A stretch of DNA of 63,759 nt from Candidatus Magasanikbacteria bacterium CG10_big_fil_rev_8_21_14_0_10_36_32 (GCA_002778465.1 PFBV01000004.1:35943-99701), one strand, 5' to 3'. Shown: positions 9,389 through 19,544, numbered from the stretch's first letter. Numbers and translations: made by a program. The notes: a model not told the origin generated them from the sequence alone.

Positions 9389-10093
9389 ATGAATCAATAT
9401 AATTTTAATAAAAAATTAAGATATTTTAAACTAAGTATTAGCGTTGGTTTTGTTTTTTCCATTATTATTTTAACTCTTTTAACCATGGGTGCCGGTTGTA
9501 ATACTCTTAAACAAGAAGGAGATGTTACTAGCAATAATATTCAAGAAAAACAGCAAAATGATTTTGGTAATAGGATATCGTCCAGTACCCCCAAAAATGA
9601 TATGCAGGTAATGGGCACCAGTACCGATTTAATTATTGGCAAAAAAGTGATAGTAATGGGTGTGACTAATTCTGACAGTACAATTACCGCACAGCAAATT
9701 ATAATTGGTGATATTTCGATTATGATGGCTTTTAACAGCAGTACCAACAAACAGCCTAGATTTAATTCGTCCACTTTAGATGATAGTAACGAAATAATTA
9801 TTTCCCCAGCTACAGAGAAACGACAATTTCAACCACCGACCAGCGGAGAAATGCCGGACAAGTCGCAATTTAGACAATGGTCTGACAATGAGGGGAATAC
9901 GCCACCCAACAACAATACCCGTCAAGCACGTTTAACGAGTTCCCAATCAGTAATTGGTGAAATTATTAAGAAAGACGATATTAGTTTGGTTGTAAAATTA
10001 AATGATGGCGGTTCCAGTATAGTATTTTATTCAGGTAGCACGAAGATATTTATTTTGACTCCACCGCCAGCGGATAAAAATAATCAGAATTAA
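9389..10093 (+). CDS. secreted protein, possible lipoprotein, DUF5666-like (paralogue 3)
   Basis: Signal helix ending ..MGAGC. Two copies of the shared pattern: GKKVIVMGVTNSDSTITAQQIIIGD and VIGEIIKKDDISLVVKL. Confidence 0.5.
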   Translation: MNQYNFNKKLRYFKLSISVGFVFSIIILTLLTMGAGCNTLKQEGDVTSNNIQEKQQNDFGNRISSSTPKNDMQVMGTSTDLIIGKKVIVMGVTNSDSTITAQQIIIGDISIMMAFNSSTNKQPRFNSSTLDDSNEIIISPATEKRQFQPPTSGEMPDKSQFRQWSDNEGNTPPNNNTRQARLTSSQSVIGEIIKKDDISLVVKLNDGGSSIVFYSGSTKIFILTPPPADKNNQN

Positions 10094-10106
10094 AAAAATT
10101 TTAGAT

Positions 10107-10139
10107 AAAAAGACTCCCCTATACAGGAGTCTTTTTTTG
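10107..10139 (+). terminator. intrinsic terminator
   Basis: AGACTCC (10111-10117) pairs with GGAGTCT (10126-10132), followed by a T-run. Confidence 0.7.
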
Positions 10140-10210
10140 TGTTATTATATAGCAAATTATAAAAAAACGTGTAAAAAATTAGTTTTTTATCCTTTATATG
10201 TGTTTTTGAT

Positions 10211-11044
10211 ATGAATGTTAGAAGTTATCAAATTGAAGTGTTAAATCGGCTGGAACCTTTAAAATTAAAAGGTTTTAAAGTTGTGTCAATGGGAAATGTG
10301 GCATTTGGTACTACAAAATACCCAATGCGTTGTGTGATTGCTCAAGGAAAAATTCCGGCTGCGCATAATGTTTTTATTTCCGCCGGTATACATGGTGATG
10401 AACCAGCTGGCGTATATGCAACTTTGTCTTTTTTAGAAAATAAAATCCATGATTATTTGCCGTATTTTAATTTTGTTATTTGTCCTTGTTTAAATCCTGG
10501 TGGTTTTGAAGATAATACAATGGATAATCCACAAGGTATTAATTTGAATAGAAATTTTTTAGCCGCCAATCCGGCACAAGAAGTTGAATTAATAAAGAAA
10601 TTTTTAATGGAGCATATTCGACAGTATTTGTTTGCTATAGATATGCACGAAGATGATTCTTATCGTCCGGTGGATGGTTTTACAGTGGCTGATAGTCCGC
10701 GAGAATTTTATTTGTATGAAGTTACACCGGATAAAAAATTAAGACTCGGACATAAAATTTTAAAAAGATTGGAAAATAATGGCATAACTGTTTGTAAAAA
10801 GAAAAAAATTTATTATGAAATAAATGAAGAAGGTTTGGTTTGGTCGCCGGGGTTAATTACAGATCCTAATTATATTGATAAAGAAACATTGGATGGGCAT
10901 TTGCAGAGATATACTTCGCATGCGATGGTAACGGAAACTCCGACTTGCTGGTCTTTTGATCATAGAGTACAAACACAGATGGCAGCTTTAGAATCTATTA
11001 TGGAAGAATTTAAAATTAGAATCAAACCGACAGTGCTTGCATAA
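10211..11044 (+). CDS. M14 / succinylglutamate-desuccinylase-like zinc carboxypeptidase
   Basis: GIHGDEPAG (HxxE zinc ligands), NPGG, NLNRNF and a later IDMHED motif. Confidence 0.65.
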   Translation: MNVRSYQIEVLNRLEPLKLKGFKVVSMGNVAFGTTKYPMRCVIAQGKIPAAHNVFISAGIHGDEPAGVYATLSFLENKIHDYLPYFNFVICPCLNPGGFEDNTMDNPQGINLNRNFLAANPAQEVELIKKFLMEHIRQYLFAIDMHEDDSYRPVDGFTVADSPREFYLYEVTPDKKLRLGHKILKRLENNGITVCKKKKIYYEINEEGLVWSPGLITDPNYIDKETLDGHLQRYTSHAMVTETPTCWSFDHRVQTQMAALESIMEEFKIRIKPTVLA

Positions 11045-11115
11045 TTTGCAGGCTTTGATAAGATATATGCGTGTTCTTTACAAAATGTTTTTGAAGATCT
11101 TTTCAAACACTAAAC

Positions 11116-11595
11116 ATGGAGATAAAAATGGCTATTGTCAACTTAAACGATGTTGTGGAAATTTTGAAAAATTTGAATTCTCAAAATAGTTGCAATCTGG
11201 GTGCAAATTTAAAATTTTTGATTGATTTTTTAAAAAAGACCATTGCGTCGGGCCAAGGAATTGATCCCGCGGCACGTAATCGTATACGTGAAGAAATAAA
11301 TCGTCTTAAAGAAGAAGTTAAAGTGGAAAGCCGAAAACTTGCGGATCTGAGTAAGAAATATTCTGTTTTTCAAAAAGAATTACAGACAATCGCTCATCAG
11401 TGTGATTGGCTATCTCTAGACAGATTTATAGTTAATCAGATTTCTATTCTCAGCACTTTGGGTGTCAAATGCTCATCTTCAATATTGGCTGATATGTCAT
11501 ATACAGAACGGCTAAATTATTCTGTGGAATTGTTACATAAATTGGCCGCATGTTTGTCTGAACGAATGAAAAATTTGACAATTTCACCTGATTAA
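11116..11595 (+). CDS. hypothetical protein (coiled-coil rich)
   Basis: 159-aa ORF with host-like composition. No motif recognised. Confidence 0.4.
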   Translation: MEIKMAIVNLNDVVEILKNLNSQNSCNLGANLKFLIDFLKKTIASGQGIDPAARNRIREEINRLKEEVKVESRKLADLSKKYSVFQKELQTIAHQCDWLSLDRFIVNQISILSTLGVKCSSSILADMSYTERLNYSVELLHKLAACLSERMKNLTISPD

Positions 11596-11622
11596 AAAAG
11601 TTTTTTGTCCATGATTTAAGTG

Positions 11623-11660
11623 TAGGGATTCCGATTTATATTGGAATCCCTATTTCTTCA
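11623..11660 (+). terminator. intrinsic terminator (10-bp stem)
   Basis: TAGGGATTCC (11623-11632) pairs with GGAATCCCTA (11643-11652), then TTTCTTC. Confidence 0.6.
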
Positions 11661-11819
11661 AAAACATTTTGTTTTATAAACGAATGTAGATGAATAACAA
11701 GAGGAATTTATATATATATGGCACAGTGAGAAAATGAATGCTAGTATAATTGATTTTCATTTTCGAACCAGCAAGTATGTATACCTTTATTCATCTTGTG
11801 GTTTTTTATAAAGGTTTAT

Positions 11820-12551
11820 ATGAAAACTTATTTATTTTTAACTATTGGTATTTTAATATTAATTTTTGTCGCTTGTCGCCAATTATTATTTACTGGTAAT
11901 TACGAAACACCTAAATATATTCCGAAAGAAAACAAGCAAGAAGATATTTGGAAAACAACGGACACTAAACCGGATTCAACTGCACAAAATTCAAATACAA
12001 ATAATTCAGCACAATCATCAAATCAAATTAATTTCCAATCAAATTCTAATCCACTTCCTATGATTATAGACACCAATAAAAATTATGAGGCGGTTTTGCA
12101 TACTTCCGCCGGAGATATTACAGTCGCTTTAAATACTAAACAAACTCCGAATACGGTTAATAATTTTGTTTCGTTAGCAAGCAAGAATTTTTATGATAAT
12201 ACGATTTTTCACCGGGTGATTAAAGGGTTTATGATACAAGGTGGTGATCCGCGCGGTGATGGCACCGGTGGTCCGGGTTATCAGTTTGACGATGAACCAT
12301 TTGAAGGTGAATATAAGCGTGGCACGATAGCGATGGCTAATTCTGGTTCTAATACCAATGGAAGTCAATTTTTTATTATGCACGCTGATTATCCATTGCC
12401 TAAAAATTATGTTATTTTTGGACAGGTGGTTGATGGTTTGAATATTGTAGATATAATTGCCGAAGCGCCGGTAACAGCCGGTTCAGGCGGAGAAACTTCT
12501 CGTCCAGTTAATCCGGTTACAGTTACCCGAGTGGAAATTTTGGAAAAATAA
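11820..12551 (+). CDS. ppiB: cyclophilin-type peptidyl-prolyl isomerase with N-terminal membrane anchor and Asn/Gln-rich linker
   Basis: FHRVIKGFMIQGGDP...GTIAMANSG.NTNGSQFFI. The internal ATG at 11820 is preferred over the TTG at 11796. Confidence 0.88.
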   Translation: MKTYLFLTIGILILIFVACRQLLFTGNYETPKYIPKENKQEDIWKTTDTKPDSTAQNSNTNNSAQSSNQINFQSNSNPLPMIIDTNKNYEAVLHTSAGDITVALNTKQTPNTVNNFVSLASKNFYDNTIFHRVIKGFMIQGGDPRGDGTGGPGYQFDDEPFEGEYKRGTIAMANSGSNTNGSQFFIMHADYPLPKNYVIFGQVVDGLNIVDIIAEAPVTAGSGGETSRPVNPVTVTRVEILEK

Positions 12552-12553
12552 TT

Positions 12554-13249
12554 ATGTCTTTTGACGCCAAAATATTATTATCCATCACAACTACCCCTGG
12601 CTCTGATTGGCGGCAAAAAATAAAGGAAATAGACGATTTAAATTTAAAAGAAGTAGCTTTGTTTCCCACATTTTTAGAAAAAAAAGAAAGAGATGTACTT
12701 TATAATTTATTAGAAAAAACAAATTTGGAAACAATACCGTTTACGCATTTGAGAGAGGAAGATATGGAGTTGGCTGAAATAAAATATCTTACGGAAAGAT
12801 GGAGTTGTAAGGTTTTTAATATTCATTCAGGCGCGGTAGATGTTAATAAAAATGTTTTTGGTGATTATTGTGATAAAATTTATGTGGAAAATGGCGCTGC
12901 CTTGTTGGAAGAAAAGTTTGTGAAAGCGTCTGCCGGTATTTGTCTTGACTTTACTCATTTGGAAAACGATCGCCGTTTACAGCCAGAAATTTATGATTAC
13001 ATAGTTAATTTGACTAAGAAATATAAAGTGGGGTGTGCTCATATTGGGGCAATTATGGATAAAAGTTTTTTTCGTGAGGACGTAGCTTCGTATCGTTACG
13101 ATAAGCACTTTGCTGAAAAAGAATCACAGTTTGATTATTTAAAAAATTATTCTTTGGAAATGTTTCCTGATTATACGGCTCTGGAACTGGAAAATACACT
13201 AGCTGAACAATTGGAATTTAAAAATTATATTATTAGTTTATTTAATTAA
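12554..13249 (+). CDS. hypothetical protein
   Basis: 231-aa ORF starting 3 nt after the ppiB stop. No motif recognised. Confidence 0.45.
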   Translation: MSFDAKILLSITTTPGSDWRQKIKEIDDLNLKEVALFPTFLEKKERDVLYNLLEKTNLETIPFTHLREEDMELAEIKYLTERWSCKVFNIHSGAVDVNKNVFGDYCDKIYVENGAALLEEKFVKASAGICLDFTHLENDRRLQPEIYDYIVNLTKKYKVGCAHIGAIMDKSFFREDVASYRYDKHFAEKESQFDYLKNYSLEMFPDYTALELENTLAEQLEFKNYIISLFN

Positions 13250-13253
13250 AAAT

Positions 13254-13994
13254 ATGTTTTCATTTATTTGGTTTACATTTTTATATCAGCCATTGTTAAA
13301 CGCTTTAGTTTGGATTTATAATAATTTTTCCGATCACAGCATGGGTTGGTCGGTTATAATTTTAACCGTTTTATTACGTGTTGTTTTGTTGCCGTTTTCC
13401 ATTGTTGCTCAGCGTGATTCTGGTCGAATGCAGCAAGTTCGTTTAGAAGCAACAGAGGCGGTGAAAAATTTCAAAAATGATCCGGTGGCACAAAAAGAAG
13501 AATATCGGAAAATAATGAAAAAAAATAAAGTTTCTCCTTGGGCCAAAGTGGTAATATTATTGATTCAATTTATCGTATTGATACTTTTGTACCAAGTGTT
13601 TATGGGTGGTATTTTTGGAGATAAATTAGTTAAGGTGTTATATCAAGGTGTAAGTTTTCCAGGTGCTATAAATAATAGTTTTTACGGCTTTAATATTGGT
13701 GAATTACACAATAGTGTGTGGGCGGGGATTTCAGCCCTGTATTTATTTTTATCCATTATTATTACTAAAGGAAAAATAAGCAATTGGCAGAAAGGTGAAG
13801 TGATTTTTTTGTTTTTATTTCCTCTTTTTACGTTTACCGCGTTGTGGATTTTGCCAATGGTTAAATCGTTGTTCATTTTGACAAGTATGATTTTTTCTGA
13901 TATACTTACTTTCATTAGAGTAATATTTTCCCCCGCTAAAAAGCTGGAGGCGGTTGAACCGCCAGTTGGAATCTCGAGTATTCCAAAGGCTTAA
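13254..13994 (+). CDS. yidC: YidC/Oxa1-family membrane protein insertase (short form)
   Basis: ..GWSVIILTVLLRVVLLPFSI...Q....ME..K.....Y.K..V.P... pattern with about 5 TM helices. Confidence 0.75.
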   Translation: MFSFIWFTFLYQPLLNALVWIYNNFSDHSMGWSVIILTVLLRVVLLPFSIVAQRDSGRMQQVRLEATEAVKNFKNDPVAQKEEYRKIMKKNKVSPWAKVVILLIQFIVLILLYQVFMGGIFGDKLVKVLYQGVSFPGAINNSFYGFNIGELHNSVWAGISALYLFLSIIITKGKISNWQKGEVIFLFLFPLFTFTALWILPMVKSLFILTSMIFSDILTFIRVIFSPAKKLEAVEPPVGISSIPKA

Positions 13995-14015
13995 AACGGG
14001 TTAATTAATTATTAT

Positions 14016-14588
14016 ATGGCCGAAGATTCGTTGGATAAGTTGATTTATTCTTTCGTTATTGATGATGTTTTGGGTGGATTTTTTATTCATGTACCACCGG
14101 GTTACGTGGCGTGTGTTTACGACTTGGGACATGGGGTTTTAAAAAAAGTACTTACACCGGGTTTGCATTTAAAAATTCCTTTTTGGCAAAAAGCCAAATT
14201 ATTTAACACGCAAACTTTGGAATATAGTGTTTCACGGCAATTTAATCCGCAACAATCGCGGGCAATGGGTGATATTCCAATTGCTGCCATCACTCAAGAT
14301 GGTAAGAAAGTCGGAGTAGAGGGGACAGTGTTGATGCGTTTAGATGTACATCAAATTCCGGCAATTTGGCAAACCATCGGAGAAGATTTTGTAGAAAAAA
14401 TTATTCGTCCGACTGTCCGCAGTCGAATTCGTATGGTTTTTAGTCGGTTTGATTATGCTGATATTGTTGGTGCCAAAAGAGCAGATGTGGAGCAGAAATT
14501 AAAAGAGGAATTAGAACGCATTTTTTACTCTAGAGGAATTTATGTAGAAAATGTTTTGCTGAGTGAAATATCAATGATTTTTCAATAA
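14016..14588 (+). CDS. SPFH/Band-7 (prohibitin-like) domain protein
   Basis: VPPGYVACVYD.G.GVL..VL.PGLHLKIPF.Q.. followed by a typical SPFH core. 190 aa. Confidence 0.65.
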   Translation: MAEDSLDKLIYSFVIDDVLGGFFIHVPPGYVACVYDLGHGVLKKVLTPGLHLKIPFWQKAKLFNTQTLEYSVSRQFNPQQSRAMGDIPIAAITQDGKKVGVEGTVLMRLDVHQIPAIWQTIGEDFVEKIIRPTVRSRIRMVFSRFDYADIVGAKRADVEQKLKEELERIFYSRGIYVENVLLSEISMIFQ

Positions 14589-14598
14589 AAAATAAATA

Positions 14599-14628
14599 AA
14601 AACCGTCCGCAAAAAGGGCGGTTTTTTA
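14599..14628 (+). terminator. intrinsic terminator
   Basis: AACCGTCC..GGGCGGTT stem with one G-U pair, followed by TTTTTATTTT. Confidence 0.7.
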
Positions 14629-14655
14629 TTTTGAGTTATACACATGTCTGCTGGC

Positions 14656-14684
14656 TTGACTCCTTGCTTCAAATGTGATATATT
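14656..14684 (+). promoter_or_regulatory. sigma70-type promoter of the hrcA operon
   Basis: TTGACT (14656-61), a 17-nt spacer and TATATT (14679-84), with extended TGn at 14676-78. Confidence 0.7.
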
Positions 14685-14709
14685 ATCACTCAAAGGTTTA
14701 GAGTGATAA
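14683..14709. promoter_or_regulatory. CIRCE operator (variant)
   Basis: TTATCACTC-N9-GAGTGATAA is a perfect inverted repeat. The consensus is TTAGCACTC-N9-GAGTGCTAA. It overlaps the -10 and lies just upstream of hrcA. Confidence 0.85.
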
Positions 14710-14723
14710 ATTATGTCTTGAGT

Positions 14724-15410
14724 ATGAACAAAAGACAGGAACAGCTTTTGGCTTTAGTTATTGAAAAATATGTGGAAACGGCCGAACCGATCGGATCCAA
14801 GTTTTTGGTTGATGAAGGAGATTTAGAATGGGGTGAAGCGACTGTGCGCAATGAATTGCGGGCATTGGAAAAAGCTGGTTATTTGACTCATCCGCACACT
14901 TCTGCCGGACGTATCCCGACCGAAAAAGGTTACCGATATTATATTGCGCATTTGGCGTTGGATAAAGCAAAATTAAAAAATAGCAATAGGACATCTTTGG
15001 AGCGGGCGTTTAATGAGGTAAAAGATTACGAGATGGCTTGTAAAAATGTTGCTAAATTGGCGGCAGAATTATCCGGCGAATCAATAATTTTTTCTTTTGG
15101 AATAAATAAGGTTTATCACACGGGTTTATCCAATCTTATTGGTAAACCGGAATTTGGCGGAGAGGAAGCTATAAATATTTTAAAAATGTTTGATCAGTGT
15201 GAAGAATATTTAAATGAGTTTGTTGATGAAATTTCTGATGTGCCGAGATTTTTTATCGGTTCAGAACAGCCGTTCGGCGAATCGGTCAGCCTGACCGCTT
15301 CATTGGCCGGAAGAGACAACGACGCGATGTTTATAGTTTTGTCGCCGAACCGCACCGATTACCGCCGCAACTTTGCTTTACTCAAAACAATCAGAGAAAT
15401 TTTAAGTTAA
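14724..15410 (+). CDS. hrcA: heat-inducible transcription repressor HrcA (short, 228 aa)
   Basis: N-terminal wHTH MNKRQEQLLALVIEKYVETAEPIGSKFLV. Position upstream of grpE-dnaK and downstream of CIRCE. Confidence 0.8.
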   Translation: MNKRQEQLLALVIEKYVETAEPIGSKFLVDEGDLEWGEATVRNELRALEKAGYLTHPHTSAGRIPTEKGYRYYIAHLALDKAKLKNSNRTSLERAFNEVKDYEMACKNVAKLAAELSGESIIFSFGINKVYHTGLSNLIGKPEFGGEEAINILKMFDQCEEYLNEFVDEISDVPRFFIGSEQPFGESVSLTASLAGRDNDAMFIVLSPNRTDYRRNFALLKTIREILS

Positions 15411-15414
15411 ATAT

Positions 15415-15954
15415 ATGACTGACGAAAATATCCAACCAACTGACGATTCTGTCACCCCACCTGTCATTCCGACCGGAGCGGAGGAATCCCTTCCTCAATT
15501 ATCTGAATTAGACACAGCTAAACAAGAACGGGATGAATATAAAAATAACTGGCTGCGCGCTCTGGCAGATTATCAAAACCTGCAGAAAGAAACCGTTGCC
15601 CGCCGGGTTGAATGGGCGCAGATGAGCGAACGGCAGATTTTGGAAGAATTTATTCCAATATATGAACACCTGAAGTTAGCTATAAGCAATAAGCAGAATA
15701 AGCAATCAGCAGGTGAAGATTCTTGGACGGATGGAATAAAAAATGTGATTAAACAATTTCAAAGCGTACTGAAAGAACATGGAGTAGAAGAAATTAAAAC
15801 TGTTGGAGAAAAGTTTAATCCAAATTTACATGAAGCGGCCGGACATGAAACTGTTGAAGGTGCGGGTGAAGACGAAATTGTTAAGGAGATATCAGGAGGA
15901 TATAAAATGGGAGACAAGGTAATCAAAGCGGCAAAAGTTATTGTTGCCAAGTAA
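15415..15954 (+). CDS. grpE: nucleotide exchange factor GrpE
   Basis: ..NWLRALADYQNLQKE.. and the C-terminal beta domain GYKMGDKVIKAAKV. Confidence 0.9.
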   Translation: MTDENIQPTDDSVTPPVIPTGAEESLPQLSELDTAKQERDEYKNNWLRALADYQNLQKETVARRVEWAQMSERQILEEFIPIYEHLKLAISNKQNKQSAGEDSWTDGIKNVIKQFQSVLKEHGVEEIKTVGEKFNPNLHEAAGHETVEGAGEDEIVKEISGGYKMGDKVIKAAKVIVAK

Positions 15955-16001
15955 AAAGAAAAATACAAAAATAATTAATAATTCATAATTAATATATACA
16001 T

Positions 16002-17927
16002 ATGTCAAAGATTTTAGGAATCGATTTGGGAACGACTAATTCCTGCATGGCCGTTATTGAAGGCGGTCAGCCGAAGGTGTTGGAAAATAAAGAGGGAGCC
16101 AGAACGACCCCCTCAATTGTCGCCATTTCCAAAAGCGGTGAAAGATTAGTCGGTTTGCTGGCGAAACGCCAGGCCGTCACCAATCCGGAAAATACCTTAT
16201 CATCAATTAAACGCCTTATCGGCCGCCGATGGAATGATACTGAGGTTCAGCGTGATTTGAAATTGGTGCCTTACAAAATGGTTCAATCCGGTGAGGCTGT
16301 TAAAGTCATAATGCAAGGAAAAGAATATACCCCTCAAGAAATTTCGGCTATGATTTTAGGCAAAATGAAAGCTGATGCTGAAGAACGATTGGGTGAAAAA
16401 ATTAACGAAGCGGTCATTACTGTTCCTGCTTATTTTGATGATTCTCAACGTCAGGCGACCAAGGATGCTGGAGAAATCGCCGGTTTGAAAGTTTTACGTA
16501 TTATCAACGAACCGACTGCGGCTGCCTTAGCCTATGGTTTTGATAAAAAGAAAGATCAACAGATTGCTGTTTACGATTTAGGCGGTGGTACTTTTGATAT
16601 TTCTATTTTAGATGTGAGTGCCGACACAGTACAGGTATTATCTACCAATGGAGATACACATTTGGGTGGTGATGATTTTGATCAGCGTATTATTGAATGG
16701 ATTGTGGCTGAATTTAAGAAAGAAAGCGGCGTGGATTTAAGCGCTGACACTTTGTCATTGCAACGTATTAAAGAAGCGGCTGAAAAAGCTAAGATTGAAT
16801 TGTCTACTGCGCAGGAAACTGAAATTAATCAACCATTTATTACATCTGACGCCAACGGCCCGAAACATTTGTTAATGAAATTGTCCCGAGCCAAGTTGGA
16901 AGAATTAATTGGTGATTTAGTTGAAAAAAGTTTAGAACCGGTGAAAAAAGCATTGGAAGATGCCAAATTGAAAACTTCGGATATTGAAGAAGTTGTTTTG
17001 GTTGGCGGTATGACCAGAATGCCATTAGTTCTTCAGACAGTAGAAAAGTTTTTTGGCAAGAAACCGAATGTTAGCGTTAATCCGGATGAAGTAGTTGCTG
17101 TTGGCGCGGCTGTTCAGGGTGGAGTTTTACGCGGCGATGTTAAAGATGTTTTATTATTAGATGTTATTCCTTTGTCATTGGGAATTGAAACTATGGGTGG
17201 AGTGATGACTAAATTGATTGAAAGAAATACTACTATTCCAACTTCTAAAAGTCAGATATTTTCTACCGCGGCCGATAATCAGCCAGGTGTAGAAATTCAT
17301 GTATTACAAGGTGAACGTCCGATGTCGGCTGATAATAAAACACTTGGCCGGTTTATGTTGGACGGTATTCCGCCGGCTCCACGCGGTGTTCCTCAAGTTG
17401 AAGTTTCTTTTGATATTGATGCTAATGGCATATTAAATGTCAAAGCTAAAGATAAAGCTACCAACAAAGAGCAGACTATTCGCATTGAAGCATCATCAGG
17501 TTTAAATAAAGATGAAGTTGAAAAAATGAAAAAAGAAGCTGAATTGCACGCCACCGAAGATAAGCAAAAACAAGATTTGATAGAGGCTCGAAATATTGCC
17601 GATACAATGATTTACACTACTGAAAAAATGATGAAAGAAGTTGAAGAAAAGAAAATTTCTGTAACTGATGATGAAAAAAAGAAAATTGAAGACGCAGTTA
17701 AGGTATTAAAAGAAGTTAAAGATAAAGATGATGTTGAACATATTAAAAAAGCGTCGGAAGAATTATCCAAGGCTGCTCAGGCGGTTGGTATGAAAATGTA
17801 TGCCAATCAAGGAGGAACTCCACCGACTGGACAGTCGGACGCCTCAGGTAATCAGTCTGGACAAGAAAATCAGAACGGTGAAAATAAGGATGAGCAAGGT
17901 CCAATAGAAGGTGAAGTTGTTAAATAA
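16002..17927 (+). CDS. dnaK: molecular chaperone DnaK (Hsp70)
   Basis: [29 protein letters not shown]. 641 aa. Confidence 0.98.
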   Translation: MSKILGIDLGTTNSCMAVIEGGQPKVLENKEGARTTPSIVAISKSGERLVGLLAKRQAVTNPENTLSSIKRLIGRRWNDTEVQRDLKLVPYKMVQSGEAVKVIMQGKEYTPQEISAMILGKMKADAEERLGEKINEAVITVPAYFDDSQRQATKDAGEIAGLKVLRIINEPTAAALAYGFDKKKDQQIAVYDLGGGTFDISILDVSADTVQVLSTNGDTHLGGDDFDQRIIEWIVAEFKKESGVDLSADTLSLQRIKEAAEKAKIELSTAQETEINQPFITSDANGPKHLLMKLSRAKLEELIGDLVEKSLEPVKKALEDAKLKTSDIEEVVLVGGMTRMPLVLQTVEKFFGKKPNVSVNPDEVVAVGAAVQGGVLRGDVKDVLLLDVIPLSLGIETMGGVMTKLIERNTTIPTSKSQIFSTAADNQPGVEIHVLQGERPMSADNKTLGRFMLDGIPPAPRGVPQVEVSFDIDANGILNVKAKDKATNKEQTIRIEASSGLNKDEVEKMKKEAELHATEDKQKQDLIEARNIADTMIYTTEKMMKEVEEKKISVTDDEKKKIEDAVKVLKEVKDKDDVEHIKKASEELSKAAQAVGMKMYANQGGTPPTGQSDASGNQSGQENQNGENKDEQGPIEGEVVK

Positions 17928-17958
17928 GAGCTTGTTAAGCTGAGTAAATTACTAATGT

Positions 17959-18408
17959 ATGCCGGAACAAATTGCTGATTTAGCACAACGTATTGAAGTT
18001 ATTAAGTCAGAACGCAATCCATTAAATAAATATAGAGAATATATTAAGCTGATACAAAGTGAATTATCTGAAGAAGATTCTACTTTAGTGACTATTAATC
18101 CCGATGAATTAACTCAAACTGAGTTAGATATTTGGAATGAATTTTTTAATTTAATCGGTAAAATTGATAAAAATGCGTTTGAAAATCGTCGAGATGAATT
18201 GATTGTTGAGGCCGATGTACTTCTGAATAAAGTAAATGCTGATGGTGTAAACAAATCTTTTGTCGAATGGATGCGGAATCGGTTGACGATATTGGTTAGC
18301 GCCTTGCCAATAAAAAATTTTACTTGGGACAATGAAAATGGTCGGGGTTTTGGACAGTTGTTGGAGAAACAAAAAGAACGGTTATTTTATAATGATTTTA
18401 AGAATTAA
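17959..18408 (+). CDS. hypothetical protein inserted between dnaK and dnaJ
   Basis: 149-aa ORF on the same strand, tightly packed (dnaJ GTG starts 3 nt after its stop). No motif recognised. Confidence 0.5.
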   Translation: MPEQIADLAQRIEVIKSERNPLNKYREYIKLIQSELSEEDSTLVTINPDELTQTELDIWNEFFNLIGKIDKNAFENRRDELIVEADVLLNKVNADGVNKSFVEWMRNRLTILVSALPIKNFTWDNENGRGFGQLLEKQKERLFYNDFKN

Positions 18409-18410
18409 TT

Positions 18411-19544
18411 GTGTCAAAAGATTATTACAAAATACTTGGTATAGAAAAAAACGCTTCAGCTGAAGAAGTTAAAAAAGCGTTTAAAAAACTTGCCATGCAA
18501 TATCATCCAGATCGTCCGGGTGGTGACGAAGCTAAATTTAAAGAAATAAATGAAGCTTATCAAGTGCTGGGTGATTCTAGTAAGCGCCAGCGTTTTGATC
18601 AGTTCGGCGCTGATTTTGATCAGCAAGGCGGTTGGAATGGTTCGGGGGCTAATTGGGAGGATGTAATGAATATGTTTCGTCAAGGTGGACATGGTGATGG
18701 TCATGTCGGCGGTGTTGATTTGGGTGATATTTTTGGAGATTTATTTGGTGGTGGATTTTCCGCCCAAGGCGGACCAACCTCGGGTTGGAGCGGACGAGGA
18801 CGTGGCGGACGTAGAACACAGAGAGGTCGAGATATCCAAGTAGATGTTGAAATTGATTTTAAAGAGGCGGCATTTGGTACTGAGCGAGAAATTTCTCTAC
18901 GTAAACAAACCCAATGTAATGTGTGTGGCGGTAATGGTTCTGAGCCTGGCAGTAAAATGGAAAAATGTGCCACTTGCAATGGACAAGGGCAGGTAGTACA
19001 AACACAGCACACATTTTTAGGCACGATGCAAACTGTTAATACTTGTTCCGATTGTCATGGTCGTGGAGAAAAACCGAGTAAAAAATGTAAAAATTGTGGC
19101 GGGGATGGAATTTTGGCTAAAATAATTTCTGTTAAAATTAAAATTCCGTCCGGCATTGATGATGGTGAAGTAATTCGTTTATCCGGTTATGGAGAGGCTG
19201 TTCCACACGGTGGTCAGTCGGGAGATTTATATGTCCGCGCCCACGTTCGTCCATTGAAAGGATTTAATCGTGAAGGTTTTGATATTTATTCTGAAAAAGA
19301 AATTAATTTCTCACAAGCTGTTTTAGGAGATAAAGTTGAGATTGAAACATTAGACGGAATGGTTAAATTAGTAATTCCGGAAGGCACGGAATCTGGTCAA
19401 TTAATTCGTTTGAAAGGGCGGGGGATTACTGAATTGGGCCGCGCCGGCCGCGGTGATCATTATGTTAAAGTTAAAATTCGCGTACCGAGAAAAATTAGCC
19501 GTGATGTTAAAAAAAAGTTGGAAGAATTACGTGATGAATTATAA
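18411..19544 (+). CDS. dnaJ: molecular chaperone DnaJ (GTG start)
   Basis: J-domain with HPD (YHPDR), Gly-rich linker, four CxxCxGxG repeats. Confidence 0.95.
   Translation: MSKDYYKILGIEKNASAEEVKKAFKKLAMQYHPDRPGGDEAKFKEINEAYQVLGDSSKRQRFDQFGADFDQQGGWNGSGANWEDVMNMFRQGGHGDGHVGGVDLGDIFGDLFGGGFSAQGGPTSGWSGRGRGGRRTQRGRDIQVDVEIDFKEAAFGTEREISLRKQTQCNVCGGNGSEPGSKMEKCATCNGQGQVVQTQHTFLGTMQTVNTCSDCHGRGEKPSKKCKNCGGDGILAKIISVKIKIPSGIDDGEVIRLSGYGEAVPHGGQSGDLYVRAHVRPLKGFNREGFDIYSEKEINFSQAVLGDKVEIETLDGMVKLVIPEGTESGQLIRLKGRGITELGRAGRGDHYVKVKIRVPRKISRDVKKKLEELRDEL

Noticed and set aside
18650-18850. Locally GC-rich stretch inside dnaJ as another foreign insert
   Set aside because: It encodes the Gly/Phe-rich linker (GGx codons) of an otherwise host-like, full-length dnaJ. 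The composition follows from the amino-acid content.
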